Below are positions 50,064 through 59,686 of a DNA stretch of 64,000 nt, one piece after another. This DNA is from Deferribacterales bacterium. Its GTDB lineage: Bacteria > Chrysiogenota > Deferribacteres > Deferribacterales > Geovibrionaceae. Every line of letters starts with the position of its first letter. Position 1 is the first letter of the stretch. The notes beneath the pieces are model-generated. The model searched no databases and was not told where the DNA came from. It saw only the letters and a list, made by a program, of their open reading frames with translations. The stretch spans positions 96,001 through 160,000 of the forward strand of contig JBFWMA010000003.1 in assembly GCA_050251875.1 (NCBI GenBank), read 5' to 3'. Both the position numbers and the translations under genes were made by a program.

Positions 50064-51185
50064 CTAGCTTATAAAAAATTCCTTCATTTTGTCCCAGAGA
50101 CTCTTGTTCTCTTTGTAGGTGTCGTCCGTCACTGTGCTTTCGAACTTTTCCAGAATTTCTTTCTGTTCTTTGGAGAGTTGTGTGGGCAGAAGAACCTTCA
50201 GGTCGATGTTCATATTGCCTATGCCGTATCCGTTGACATCCGGCAGACCTTTGCCTTTCAGGGTTATTCTGTCGCCGGGCTGAGACCCGGGTTTGATATT
50301 AATGCGCTGGTTGCCGTCCAGAGTAGGTATCTCCAGCTCTTTTCCCATGATGGCGTCCACGAAAGATATGGGCAGTTCCATATATATTTCTCTGCCCTCA
50401 CGTCTGAAAAGTTTGTGGGGGATGACGGATACTTCCACGAACAGGTCTCCGGAAGGTCCGCTGTTTATCCCAGCGTTTCCTTTTCCTGTCAGACGCATAG
50501 TCATTCCGTCTTCTATTCCGGCGGGAACTTTTACACTGAGCTTGGATGTGACACGTTTAGTGCCCTCTCCCCTGCACTCTTTGCACAGTTCCTTGATTAT
50601 CTGTCCTGTACCGCCGCATGATCCGCATGTGGAGCTGATGGCGAAAAGTCCCTGGCGTGTCTGGATGGTTCCCGTACCACGGCATGTGGGACATGTTTCC
50701 ATAGCGCCCGGTTCCGCTCCGGAGCCGTCGCATCTTTTACAGTTTTCGGTTTTAGGGACATTCAGCTCTTTTTCACAGCCGAACGCCGCCTCCTCGAAGG
50801 ATATCTCCAGATGCATCTGGATGCTGGACCCTTTCTGGGGTCTGCGTTTGCGTTTGGTGTTTCCGGCAGAACCGAAGAAATCGCCGAAAACATCGCCGAA
50901 GAATTCTTCGAAGATGGTTTCGTTGGAGAAGCCGCCTCCTCCGCCTCCGAATCCTCCGTTCTTATCGTCAAAGACTCTGCCGTACTGGTCGTACTGAGCA
51001 CGTTTAGTGCCGTCAGACAGCACGGAATAGGCTTCGTTGATCTCTCTGAATTTATCTTCAGCCGCCTTATCCCCCTGATTTCTGTCGGGGTGATACTGCA
51101 TGGCTAGTTTTCTGTATGCTTTTTTCAGTTCAGCTTCGGTGGCGTTTTTTGTAACACCGAGAACCTCATAGTAATCTCTGGCCAA
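50064..51185 (-). CDS. dnaJ: Chaperone DnaJ
   Basis: HPD J-domain, G/F region, four CxxCxGxG; TTG start. Confidence 0.98.
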   Translation of the reverse strand: MARDYYEVLGVTKNATEAELKKAYRKLAMQYHPDRNQGDKAAEDKFREINEAYSVLSDGTKRAQYDQYGRVFDDKNGGFGGGGGGFSNETIFEEFFGDVFGDFFGSAGNTKRKRRPQKGSSIQMHLEISFEEAAFGCEKELNVPKTENCKRCDGSGAEPGAMETCPTCRGTGTIQTRQGLFAISSTCGSCGGTGQIIKELCKECRGEGTKRVTSKLSVKVPAGIEDGMTMRLTGKGNAGINSGPSGDLFVEVSVIPHKLFRREGREIYMELPISFVDAIMGKELEIPTLDGNQRINIKPGSQPGDRITLKGKGLPDVNGYGIGNMNIDLKVLLPTQLSKEQKEILEKFESTVTDDTYKENKSLWDKMKEFFIS

Positions 51186-51205
51186 AATGTCCGCTCCGTA
51201 ATGAG

Positions 51206-51295
51206 TTTTCTCCTCCCTTTGTAAAGGGAGGTCGGGAGGGATTTCTCAAAACAGAAGAAATCTCCCCTCACCCCTCTTTATGAAAGAGGGGAAAA
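51206..51295. repeat. Inverted pair of family-A palindromic repeats
   Basis: 51206-51246 is a diverged reverse copy (CTCCCTTT-GT-AAAGGGAG stem); 51255-51295 is near-identical to 4415-4455. Confidence 0.8.
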
Positions 51296-51303
51296 GATAC
51301 AAT

Positions 51304-51332
51304 AAGGGCTGATAACATAATTACCAGCCCTT
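51304..51332 (-). terminator. Hairpin downstream of dnaK (weak terminator or stabiliser)
   Basis: AAGGGCTG...CAGCCCTT stem; weak U-tract. Confidence 0.5.
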
Positions 51333-51355
51333 TGAAAGTCATATTTTCGACAGGA

Positions 51356-53278
51356 TTATTTCTTCTCGTCTTTTACTTCTTCGAACTCAGCGTCCACAAC
51401 ATCGTCAGCGGGTTTGCTGCCGGCGTCTGTCTGCTCTGCTGAGTCAGGCTCTGCCTGCTGTGTTTCCTGAGCCGCTTTGTATATCTCTTCGGCGAGTTTA
51501 TGGGCTGATTTTGTCAGCTCTTCCATAGAAGCCTTGATAGCGTCAGCGTCATCTTTAGTCACTTTGTCTTTCAGATCGGCGAGAGCTGTCTCGATAGCTG
51601 ATTTTGTTCCCTCGTCCACTTTGTCCCCGTGCTCTGACAGAGATTTTTCAGTGGAATAGATGAGAGTGTCCGCCTGGTTTCTTGCCTCTACCAGATCTTT
51701 TTTCTTCTTATCTGTGTCGGCGTTCAGCTCGGCGTCCTTCACCATCTTGTTGATCTCTTCATCTGACAGACCGCTGGAAGGAGTGATCCTGATGGACTGC
51801 TCTTTTCCTGTTCCCTGATCTTTAGCGGAAACGTGCAGGATGCCGTTGGCGTCTATGTCGAATGTAACCTCGATCTGCGGAACTCCTCTGGGAGCAGAGG
51901 GGATGCCCACAAGGTCGAAACGTCCTATGTGTTTGTTGTCGCCCGCCATCTCACGCTCGCCTTGCAGAACGCTGATGGTAACAGATGTCTGGCTGTCAGC
52001 GGCTGTGGTGAATGTCTGGCTCTGGCGCGCGGGGATAGTTGTGTTTCTGGGGATGATCTTTGTCATCACGCCGCCCAGAGTCTCTATACCCAGAGACAGA
52101 GGGGTAACGTCCAGAAGCAGAACGTCTTTAACATCTCCGGCGAGAACAGCGCCCTGAATAGCGGCGCCCACGGCAACAACCTCATCAGGGTTGATACCTT
52201 TGTGGGGTTCTTTTCCGAAGAATTCTTTTACCTTCTGCTGAACCAGAGGCATACGGGTCATACCGCCCACGAGGATAACTTCGTCTATCTGGCTGGCGGA
52301 GAGTCCGGCGTCTTTCAGAGCTTTTTTACAGGGCTCCAGAGAGTTTACCACGAGATCCATAACCAGAGACTCGAATTTTGATCGGGACAGTTTTACCACA
52401 AGGTGTTTGGGACCTGTGGCGTCAGCGGTGATGAAAGGAAGGTTGATCTCTGTCTCACCTGCTGAAGAGAGTTCGTGTTTTGCTTTTTCAGCGGCTTCTT
52501 TCAGACGCTGAAGAGCCATCTTGTCGTTTTTCAGGTCGATGCCGTTGCTCTTCTGAAATTCAGAAATGAGCCATTCAACAACACGCATGTCGAAGTCGTC
52601 ACCGCCGAGGAATGTATCTCCGTTGGTAGATTTAACTTCGAAAACGCCGTCACCCAGCTCGAGTATGGATATATCGAATGTACCGCCGCCGAGGTCGTAT
52701 ACGGCGATTTTTTCATCGTGTTTTTTATCCAGACCATAAGCCAGAGCAGCCGCTGTGGGCTCGTTGATGATACGCAGAACGTTGAGACCGGCGATCTTTC
52801 CGGCGTCTTTTGTCGCCTGGCGCTGAGCATCGTTGAAATAAGCGGGAACAGTGATGACAGCGTCTGTCACTGTTTCGCCCAGATAGTCTTCCGCTGTGGA
52901 TTTCAGCTTCTGAAGAATCATAGCTGATATTTCCTGAGGAGCGTATTTTTTGCCTTTTACCTCTACCCATGCGTCATTATTGTCTGATCCCACTATGTTG
53001 TAGGGCAGAACCTGTTTCGCCTTTGCCACTTCCGGAGCGTCAGATTTACGTCCGATGAGTCTTTTGATAGAGAAAATAGTGTTTTCGGGGTTGGTAATCG
53101 CCTGTCTTTTGGCGAGCATTCCCACCAGTCTGTCAGAATCTGTGAAAGCCACTACTGAAGGTGTTGTAAGAGTTCCTTCTGAGTTGGCGATAACTTTCGG
53201 CTGGCCGCCCTCCATAATGCTTACGCATGAGTTGGTGGTTCCAAGGTCAATACCGATAACCTTTTTGGATGTAGCCAT
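51356..53278 (-). CDS. dnaK: Chaperone DnaK
   Basis: [35 protein letters not shown]. Confidence 0.99.
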   Translation of the reverse strand: MATSKKVIGIDLGTTNSCVSIMEGGQPKVIANSEGTLTTPSVVAFTDSDRLVGMLAKRQAITNPENTIFSIKRLIGRKSDAPEVAKAKQVLPYNIVGSDNNDAWVEVKGKKYAPQEISAMILQKLKSTAEDYLGETVTDAVITVPAYFNDAQRQATKDAGKIAGLNVLRIINEPTAAALAYGLDKKHDEKIAVYDLGGGTFDISILELGDGVFEVKSTNGDTFLGGDDFDMRVVEWLISEFQKSNGIDLKNDKMALQRLKEAAEKAKHELSSAGETEINLPFITADATGPKHLVVKLSRSKFESLVMDLVVNSLEPCKKALKDAGLSASQIDEVILVGGMTRMPLVQQKVKEFFGKEPHKGINPDEVVAVGAAIQGAVLAGDVKDVLLLDVTPLSLGIETLGGVMTKIIPRNTTIPARQSQTFTTAADSQTSVTISVLQGEREMAGDNKHIGRFDLVGIPSAPRGVPQIEVTFDIDANGILHVSAKDQGTGKEQSIRITPSSGLSDEEINKMVKDAELNADTDKKKKDLVEARNQADTLIYSTEKSLSEHGDKVDEGTKSAIETALADLKDKVTKDDADAIKASMEELTKSAHKLAEEIYKAAQETQQAEPDSAEQTDAGSKPADDVVDAEFEEVKDEKK

Positions 53279-53318
53279 GTTTTCCTCCTGAGATATATGT
53301 TATTAAGTAATTTCCGTA

Positions 53319-53852
53319 TCAGTTCTTTTTATTTACCTTTACTTTAGAGGGGCGAACCACTCTGCCGTAAAGCGTGTATCCTTTCTGAAGCACCATCAGA
53401 ACAGTATTGTTCTCATAGCTGTCGTCACAGTCCACCATGAGCGCCTCGTGATAGAGAGGGTTGAAATCGTCTCCGATATTCAGCTCTATCTCCTGAAGCC
53501 CGTATTTTTCCAGAGTCTCTCTCATCTGTTTCAGTGTGAGGTTGACGCCCTCTTTCAGAGCTTCCAGAGGGTTGTCTCCGGAGATATGGTCGAGCGCCGT
53601 TTCAAAGTTGTCCATAACGGGAAAGAGAGCTGAAATCAGGTTCAGGTTGGAGTATTTCAGTTTGTCGTCAAACTCCTTTGTCAGCCTCTTGCGCACGTTG
53701 TCCATCTCAGCCAGAGAGCGCAGTTCGCTGTCTCTGGCTGCAGCCAGCTCTTCCGCCAGACGCATGTTCTGCTCACGCAGCATAGTCAGCTCGTCTTTCG
53801 GCTCTGTCTGCTCTTCAGGCGTTTCCTGCATTGTCTCGTCTTTTTCTTCCAT
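53319..53852 (-). CDS. grpE: Nucleotide exchange factor GrpE
   Basis: AEMDNVRKR, FNPLYHEA, QKGY...VRPSKVKV. Confidence 0.96.
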   Translation of the reverse strand: MEEKDETMQETPEEQTEPKDELTMLREQNMRLAEELAAARDSELRSLAEMDNVRKRLTKEFDDKLKYSNLNLISALFPVMDNFETALDHISGDNPLEALKEGVNLTLKQMRETLEKYGLQEIELNIGDDFNPLYHEALMVDCDDSYENNTVLMVLQKGYTLYGRVVRPSKVKVNKKN

Positions 53853-53890
53853 GTATATCCTCTTTCAATTATTCACGATAAAATTTTGCC

Positions 53891-53924
53891 GTCATTGCGA
53901 GGAGCGCAGCAACGTGGCAATCTC
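53891..53924. repeat. Family-B palindromic repeat (single copy)
   Basis: GTCATTGCGAGGAGCGCAGCAACGTGGCAATCTC; 29/34 identical to the reverse complement of 50009-50042. Confidence 0.8.
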
Positions 53925-53928
53925 ATTC

Positions 53929-54969
53929 TTATTTATTGTCTGTTAAGCGCCCCATGATGTCGGAGACCAGCTCGGCGGAGCAGTCCACCACGGACACCAC
54001 GTCCGAATATCTCATCCGTTTTGGTCCGATGATGCCCAGCATGCCGATGACGTTTCCGCCTCTGGAATATGTTCTGGTAACCAGCCCCAGCTCGGAGACT
54101 TCGCTTCTGCCTATCTCGGAGCCAACGAATATATTCACGCCCTTCTCGTTCTGGCATTTATCCAGAATGTCGAAGATGAATTTTTTCTCCTCAAAGGTCT
54201 GAAAGAGTCCCTTGAGTCTGGACACATCGGAAAACTCCGGAAGATCCAGAATATTTGATGTACCGCTTAATATTATGTCCTGTCCGAACTCGCCTCTGCT
54301 GAACACGGCGGAAGCCATGCTGTGCAGGTTGCGGAACAGGTTGTCCATTTTCGCTTTCTCTTTTTTCATCTCATCCACTATGGCGGTTTTGACCTCCATC
54401 AGGCTCTTGTCCTGGAAGTGGGTGTTCAGATAGTTGCTTATCTGGATCAGATCGGATTCTGTCACCGTGGGGTCTATCTCCAGCATAACGTTATGCACTA
54501 TGCCTGTTCTGGCGACTATAACAGCAAGAGCCGTTGTGGCGTTCAGGCGGATGAACTCGATATGCTTCAGCAGCATGGTGTTCAGCTTGGGAGATATCAC
54601 GAATCCAACGGAGCTGGTCATGCGCCCCAGATTATCGCTGACCTTTTTAAATATGCCGTTTATGTTTTCGGCGGAACATTCGGATTTCAGCTGTTCCATG
54701 ATGGTGCAGTCTGCTGATCCGAAGGTCACCAGTTTGTCTATATAATATCTGTATCCTTCGTCAGAAGGCACTCTGCCGGAGGATGTGTGGGGCTGGAGAA
54801 TGAATCCTTTCTCCTCTAAGTCGCTCATAATGTTGCGGATAGAAGCGGCGCCCAGCTTGAGCGGACCTGTCTTGGATATCAGACGAGAGCCCACCGGCTC
54901 GTTGGTCTGGACAAACTCTTCAATAATGGTTTTAAGAACTATCTCTTCACGTTCGTTGAGAAAATTCAT
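53929..54969 (-). CDS. hrcA: Heat-inducible transcription repressor HrcA
   Basis: EPVGSR, SIRNIMSDLE, QPHTSSGRVPS, GIIGPKRMRY. Confidence 0.97.
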   Translation of the reverse strand: MNFLNEREEIVLKTIIEEFVQTNEPVGSRLISKTGPLKLGAASIRNIMSDLEEKGFILQPHTSSGRVPSDEGYRYYIDKLVTFGSADCTIMEQLKSECSAENINGIFKKVSDNLGRMTSSVGFVISPKLNTMLLKHIEFIRLNATTALAVIVARTGIVHNVMLEIDPTVTESDLIQISNYLNTHFQDKSLMEVKTAIVDEMKKEKAKMDNLFRNLHSMASAVFSRGEFGQDIILSGTSNILDLPEFSDVSRLKGLFQTFEEKKFIFDILDKCQNEKGVNIFVGSEIGRSEVSELGLVTRTYSRGGNVIGMLGIIGPKRMRYSDVVSVVDCSAELVSDIMGRLTDNK

Positions 54970-54986
54970 ACCCGCTTCCTAGATTG

Positions 54987-55013
54987 TTAGCACTCATTGG
55001 TTACGAGTGCTAA
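54987..55013. promoter_or_regulatory. CIRCE element (HrcA operator)
   Basis: Perfect TTAGCACTC-N9-GAGTGCTAA. Confidence 0.97.
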
Positions 55014-55018
55014 TAGAT

Positions 55019-55047
55019 AGAATATGGATTAGCCATTTCTGTGTCAA
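55019..55047 (-). promoter_or_regulatory. Sigma70 promoter of hrcA-grpE-dnaK-dnaJ
   Basis: Minus strand TTGACA (55047-55042), 17 nt, TATTCT (55024-55019), immediately before CIRCE. Confidence 0.8.
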
Positions 55048-55065
55048 GCCTTTTTTGGGCAGGAA

Positions 55066-55890
55066 TTATAAAGTGTCGAGGATGCTGTCTATGAGGCTGA
55101 ACGCTTCCAGAGCGCCCGCTTTGATGAAGATATCCGGATCGCAGACGGATGTGGATGATTCGTCCGGATTGATGGTTATAATCTTCGTGCCGAGAGACCG
55201 GAGCTGTTTCGCCAGATAGTCGTTGGTGGGAATCTGGCTGCTGGAACCAATCAGAAAAGCGATGTCCGGCGCTGTGACATCCATCAGAAACTCCTGATAA
55301 TTGTCGAACTGGGCATCGTTCTCTATGTAGTCGAAATCGTTGAACATCAGGATATTCGGGCGCAGAAGCGACCCGCACACACTGCATCTGGGCATGCCGT
55401 GGGCGGACATGGTGTCTGTGTCCAGCCGGCAGAGGGGCACCTCATCGTTGTTCCGCACGCCGTATGAGCATGCGCCGCCTCTCATGCACTGAAGCCTCCA
55501 CATACTCCCGTGCACCTCAATCACGCTGTCCGGGCGGATGCCTGATATGATGTGATAACCGTCTGTGTTGGTGGTGTGGACGAAGCTCTTTTCGAAGAAG
55601 TCAGTCATCATTCGGTTGATGACCTGATATCCTTTGTGGGGGGTGTTCTCTCTGGCGTTTCTTCTGCGCCATTCATAGAAAGCCCAGCTGTGCTGGGGGC
55701 GCACACGAAAAGAAGCCGGAGACGCCAGCTCCTGCGGCATGAGACCTTTTTCCTGAAACACGGGGAAGTTACGCCAGTATCCCTCTCTGTCTCTGAAAGT
55801 GGGTATACCGGAATCGGCGCTCATTCCCGCTCCGGTGAGAAAAAGACAAGACTCTGATTTTTCCAGCAGTTCTTTCAGTCTTTCGTTCAT
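55066..55890 (-). CDS. Sir2-family NAD-dependent deacylase
   Basis: TGAGMSADSGIPTFRD, HGS, Zn-finger Cys, LRPNILMF; start ATG 55890 preferred over ORF-track 55932. Confidence 0.9.
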   Translation of the reverse strand: MNERLKELLEKSESCLFLTGAGMSADSGIPTFRDREGYWRNFPVFQEKGLMPQELASPASFRVRPQHSWAFYEWRRRNARENTPHKGYQVINRMMTDFFEKSFVHTTNTDGYHIISGIRPDSVIEVHGSMWRLQCMRGGACSYGVRNNDEVPLCRLDTDTMSAHGMPRCSVCGSLLRPNILMFNDFDYIENDAQFDNYQEFLMDVTAPDIAFLIGSSSQIPTNDYLAKQLRSLGTKIITINPDESSTSVCDPDIFIKAGALEAFSLIDSILDTL

Positions 55891-55906
55891 AATGGGATTA
55901 TAGCAC

Positions 55907-55930
55907 AAAAAAAAGGGGACCGAAGTCCCC
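55907..55930 (-). terminator. Intrinsic terminator of the DUF2917 gene
   Basis: Minus strand GGGGAC-TTCG-GTCCCC-T8. Confidence 0.9.
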
Positions 55931-55976
55931 ACGCTTAAAGAAAAGAAGGAATATATGTGAAATTAATGCAATATAG

Positions 55977-56264
55977 TTATATGGTGGTGTTTTCCGCGGT
56001 CATCGCATGAAGTGGCGCATGCGCTGTCGCTTTTGTCTGTCCGTTGAGTGTAACGATAGTAACGCTGTCCTGAAGAGCCTCTACCACAACTTTTTCTGTG
56101 GTTATCAGATGAATCTCTTTTCCGGCGTATATCACGCGGTCGCCCAGTTCATTTCCCGCTGTGATCCAGATGGAGCCTTCCTGACAATAGACGCTGACTG
56201 ATTTTGCGTTTTCAAACCCTTTTGTCTGAAACCTTTTTAGTCGGAGTTCCTGTTTTTCACTCAT
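55977..56264 (-). CDS. DUF2917-like small protein
   Basis: CQEGSIWIT...D..I..G...VVVEAL pattern; divergent from a MocR regulator. Confidence 0.75.
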   Translation of the reverse strand: MSEKQELRLKRFQTKGFENAKSVSVYCQEGSIWITAGNELGDRVIYAGKEIHLITTEKVVVEALQDSVTIVTLNGQTKATAHAPLHAMTAENTTI

Positions 56265-56425
56265 TTTGCCACCTCGTTAGTTGATACGTCCGTGTATCTT
56301 CTGTTCTCATGAACCCTTATAACCCGTTTAATGCGCTGTTACTATCACTTATTTTTTAAGCCAGCCTTCAGAAAAACAGAAGGCTCATTGATTTCACAGC
56401 GATTTTCTGATTGTAAAGTATAATA

Positions 56426-56490
56426 ATAACAGTTATCATAACAGATACAGAAAACAGGAAATGTATACATAACAGTTTTGCACTGTTATG
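56426..56490. promoter_or_regulatory. Array of ATAACAG direct/inverted repeats, probable MocR operator
   Basis: ATAACAG at 56426, 56438, 56469; variants at 56445, 56451; inverted CTGTTAT at 56483. Confidence 0.6.
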
Positions 56491-56505
56491 CGCAAAGGTG
56501 CTGAA

Positions 56506-57936
56506 ATGAGCAGAGTGAAGGGCGACTTCAGATACAGACAGGTTATGGATGTCATAGTGAATATGATGAAGAGCGGAGTGCTGAACCCCGGAGACAAAGT
56601 GCCGTCTCTGAGAAAAATCAGCGAAGAGCAGGGAGTCAGCATATCCACCGCCATGCAGGCGTATATGGAGCTGGAGAGCGTGGGTATGCTGGAGGCGAGA
56701 CCCCAGTCCGGGTTTTATGTCGCCAGCGGAACGTCTGTTCCCAGAGAGGCCGTCACCACATCCCGCCCGCTGGATCAGCCCACACAGGTGAAAAAGAGCG
56801 ACCTGATACAGACAATATTATATGCCATCACCGATCCGGACATAGTTCCTCTGGGGTGTGCCATACCCAGCACAGATCTGCTCCCGCATAAGGAGCTGAC
56901 TTCCATCATGCGCCGGATACTGTCGGACGACACGGAAGCAAGGGTAGAATACGGCGATGTGAAAGGAAACAAGTTTTTCCGCCAGCAGCTCGCCCATTAT
57001 ATGAACGCTAACGGAAACAGTGTCAGCAGCGAACAGCTTATCGTAACCAACGGAGCATCGGAGGCGATGACGATGGCTCTGCGGGCGCTGACCCGCCCGG
57101 GCGATCTGGTTATCATGGAGTCCCCCAGCTATTTCGGTTTTATGCACCTGCTGGAGACGGCGAAAATATACGCTCTGGAGCTTCCCACCTCTCCTATCGG
57201 CGGGATACTGATGAACGATTTCAGAAACGCTCTGGACAGATATGACGTTAAGGCGGTTCTGGTTCAGCCGAACCACGGCAACCCCATGGGGCAGGTTTAT
57301 CCGGACGATATAAGGGAAGAGATGGTGAACCTGTGCAATAAAAAGGATGTACCGATAATAGAGGACGACATCAACGGGGACTTTACCTTCTCCGGCAGAC
57401 GATACGGAAACCTGAAAAAATACGACAAAAACGGCAACGTAATACATATTTCGTCATTTTCAAAGAGCCTGGCGCCCGGGTTCCGTGTGGGCTGGGTTGA
57501 GCCGGGAAAATATCATGAGGAGATTCTCCGCCAGAAGATAGCCGGCACCATGGCGAGCAACGACATAATGCAGCTCACTCTGGCGCACTATCTGGCATCG
57601 GGCAAAATGCCCCGCCACCTCAGGCGGATGAACTCGAACTTCAAGGCGCAGGTGGAGACCTATACATATCATATATTAAAGAACTTTCCGGAAGGAACGA
57701 GAGTGACAAGACCGAAAGGCGGGTTCGTTCTGTGGGCGGAGATGCCGGAACAGGTGGATACTCTGGATATGTATCCGAGAGCGCTGGATGAAAAGATATC
57801 TTTTTCGCCGGGCGGAATTTTTACCTCTCAGCAGAAATATAATAACTGTATGCGCATCAACTGCGGCTTTCCCTGGGACGCCAGAATGGAGAACAGTATA
57901 ATCAGGCTGGGCGAGCTGGCAAAAGAATACATATAA
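56506..57936 (+). CDS. MocR/GabR-type regulator (GntR HTH + aminotransferase domain); start may be 56488
   Basis: PGDKVPSLR..GVSISTAMQAY..RPQSGFYV wHTH; SFSKSLAPGFRVGW. Confidence 0.93.
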   Translation: MSRVKGDFRYRQVMDVIVNMMKSGVLNPGDKVPSLRKISEEQGVSISTAMQAYMELESVGMLEARPQSGFYVASGTSVPREAVTTSRPLDQPTQVKKSDLIQTILYAITDPDIVPLGCAIPSTDLLPHKELTSIMRRILSDDTEARVEYGDVKGNKFFRQQLAHYMNANGNSVSSEQLIVTNGASEAMTMALRALTRPGDLVIMESPSYFGFMHLLETAKIYALELPTSPIGGILMNDFRNALDRYDVKAVLVQPNHGNPMGQVYPDDIREEMVNLCNKKDVPIIEDDINGDFTFSGRRYGNLKKYDKNGNVIHISSFSKSLAPGFRVGWVEPGKYHEEILRQKIAGTMASNDIMQLTLAHYLASGKMPRHLRRMNSNFKAQVETYTYHILKNFPEGTRVTRPKGGFVLWAEMPEQVDTLDMYPRALDEKISFSPGGIFTSQQKYNNCMRINCGFPWDARMENSIIRLGELAKEYI

Positions 57937-57963
57937 AAAAAGGCGGGGCCGCAAAACCCCGCC
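57935..57963 (-). terminator. Intrinsic terminator for the peroxiredoxin gene
   Basis: A7 then GGCGGGG...CCCCGCC on + strand. Confidence 0.7.
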
Positions 57964-58005
57964 AATATCGGAGGCATCCGAGAATGCCTTACGAGCAAAC
58001 TGTTC

Positions 58006-58710
58006 TTATTTCTTTTTGATAGTTTTTTCGACAGTGTCTTTATCTATCTGTTTTGTACAGAAGTACCAGTCATAGCATTTGACTCCGTCCTCTTTGCCGT
58101 CCACACGGTCTTTCGCAACGCCGCATGAACCGGCGGGGGGAACGATAACCTCGTCTCCGGGTCTCCAGTCAGCGGGAGTAGCCACGCCGAACTCGTCAGC
58201 CGCCTTAAGAGCCTGAAGCAGTCTGAGCAGCTCGTCAAAGTTGCGTCCTGTGCTTAAAGGATAGTAGATAACCGCTCTGATGATTCCTTTGGGATCTATT
58301 ACAAAAACGGCTCTGACGGCTTTTGTGTTGCTTTCGCCTTCCATTATCATGCCGTATTTTTTAGCTACTTCCATTGTGATGTCTTCGATGAGGGGGAATT
58401 TCACTTCCATTCCCTTCATGCCTTTATAGTCGATCTTCTCTTTTATGTTTCTGAGCCATGCTATGTGGCTGTAGAGACCGTCCACAGAAAGTCCGACCAG
58501 TTTACAGTCGAGGTCGCTGAAATCTTTCTCCAGCTTAGCGAATGTCATGAACTCTGATGTACATACGGGTGTGAAATCAGCGGGATGGCTGAAAAGTATG
58601 ACCCAGCTTCCTGTGTAGTCTGCGGGAAAGTTTATCTGTCCTTGTGTTGTTACTGCTGTAAATTCGGGTGCTTTGTCGCCTATTCTGGGCATAGATACGT
58701 TGTTTTCCAT
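58006..58710 (-). CDS. Peroxiredoxin (Prx6 subfamily)
   Basis: SHPADFTPVCTSE, YYPLSTGRNFDE, C-terminal CYDWYFC. Confidence 0.95.
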   Translation of the reverse strand: MENNVSMPRIGDKAPEFTAVTTQGQINFPADYTGSWVILFSHPADFTPVCTSEFMTFAKLEKDFSDLDCKLVGLSVDGLYSHIAWLRNIKEKIDYKGMKGMEVKFPLIEDITMEVAKKYGMIMEGESNTKAVRAVFVIDPKGIIRAVIYYPLSTGRNFDELLRLLQALKAADEFGVATPADWRPGDEVIVPPAGSCGVAKDRVDGKEDGVKCYDWYFCTKQIDKDTVEKTIKKK

Positions 58711-58725
58711 TTTGTCCTCCGTTTT

Positions 58726-58740
58726 GGATAATCTTTATCA
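58726..58740. promoter_or_regulatory. Fur/PerR-like 7-1-7 box upstream of peroxiredoxin
   Basis: GGATAAT-C-TTTATCA, 12/14 match to TGATAAT-N-ATTATCA, between -10 candidate and RBS. Confidence 0.5.
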
Positions 58741-58853
58741 AAGAATATAGAATAAAAATAATTAGTCAATAAAAATTATTAAAAAGAATATGCGAAAAAT
58801 GATATGTTTTGAATTATGCCTTTGATGTCAGGGTTTTGTGGATGAAGATTTTT

Positions 58854-59618
58854 TTAGAGAACTGCCTTTTTAGACATAACACCGCCCGCCAGAACACCTT
58901 TCAGTGTTTCGAACGCGGGGGATTCGTCTGTCAGATATATCTCTCTGATGCCGGATTCCTTGGTGTTGATATGCAGTTCCTTCAGGCAGTCGATGATAGC
59001 CAGAGAGGAGTCAACTATATTGAAATGGGGGAATTTCTCCAGAATACGGTCTTTCAGCAGAGGGTAGTGGGTGCATCCGAGTATCAGCGTGTCGATGCCG
59101 GATCCGGCGAGCTCCAGCAGATACATCTGAACCACCTGTTTCGCCACGTCAGTCTCTATGAGCATCTCCTCAACTATGGGGACGAAGAGCGGGCATGCGG
59201 TCTGATAAACGTTTACATCGGGTTTAAGAGCTTTGAGCGCCTTCACATAGGATTCGCTGCGCACTGTGGCTCTGGTGCCTATTACGCCTATCTTGTTGTT
59301 CTGCGTCATCCTGATGGCGCTTTCGGCTCCCGGCTGTACCACGCCGATGACGTTCACGCCGAAGGTTTTTCTGATAGGCTCTATGGCGTATGATGAGGCT
59401 GTGTTGCAGGCTATGACTATGGTGTCTATCTTAAAGTTGTCCACCAGAAAGCGGGCGCAGTCCATGCTGTAGCTGACAACGGTCTCGGGCGATCTGCTTC
59501 CGTATGGAACTCTGGCGGTGTCTCCCAGATAGTATATGTCCAGTTCGGGGAAGTGTTTGCTGATGGTCTGGTAAACAGTGAGTCCGCCCACGCCTGAGTC
59601 AAAAATGCCGATAGCCAT
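58854..59618 (-). CDS. murI: Glutamate racemase
   Basis: IGIFDSGVGGLTV, RVPYG, IACNTAS, LGCTHYP. Confidence 0.97.
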   Translation of the reverse strand: MAIGIFDSGVGGLTVYQTISKHFPELDIYYLGDTARVPYGSRSPETVVSYSMDCARFLVDNFKIDTIVIACNTASSYAIEPIRKTFGVNVIGVVQPGAESAIRMTQNNKIGVIGTRATVRSESYVKALKALKPDVNVYQTACPLFVPIVEEMLIETDVAKQVVQMYLLELAGSGIDTLILGCTHYPLLKDRILEKFPHFNIVDSSLAIIDCLKELHINTKESGIREIYLTDESPAFETLKGVLAGGVMSKKAVL

Positions 59619-59686
59619 TATATAACCTCAAAAAAAGTTCTTATTTACGCAACAAGCGGAAATAATATGCCTCTATTTTTTAATTA

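Noticed and set aside
53536..53946. 136-aa ORF ending RHCEERSNVAIS
   Set aside because: Antisense to grpE; the tail is just the translated family-B repeat
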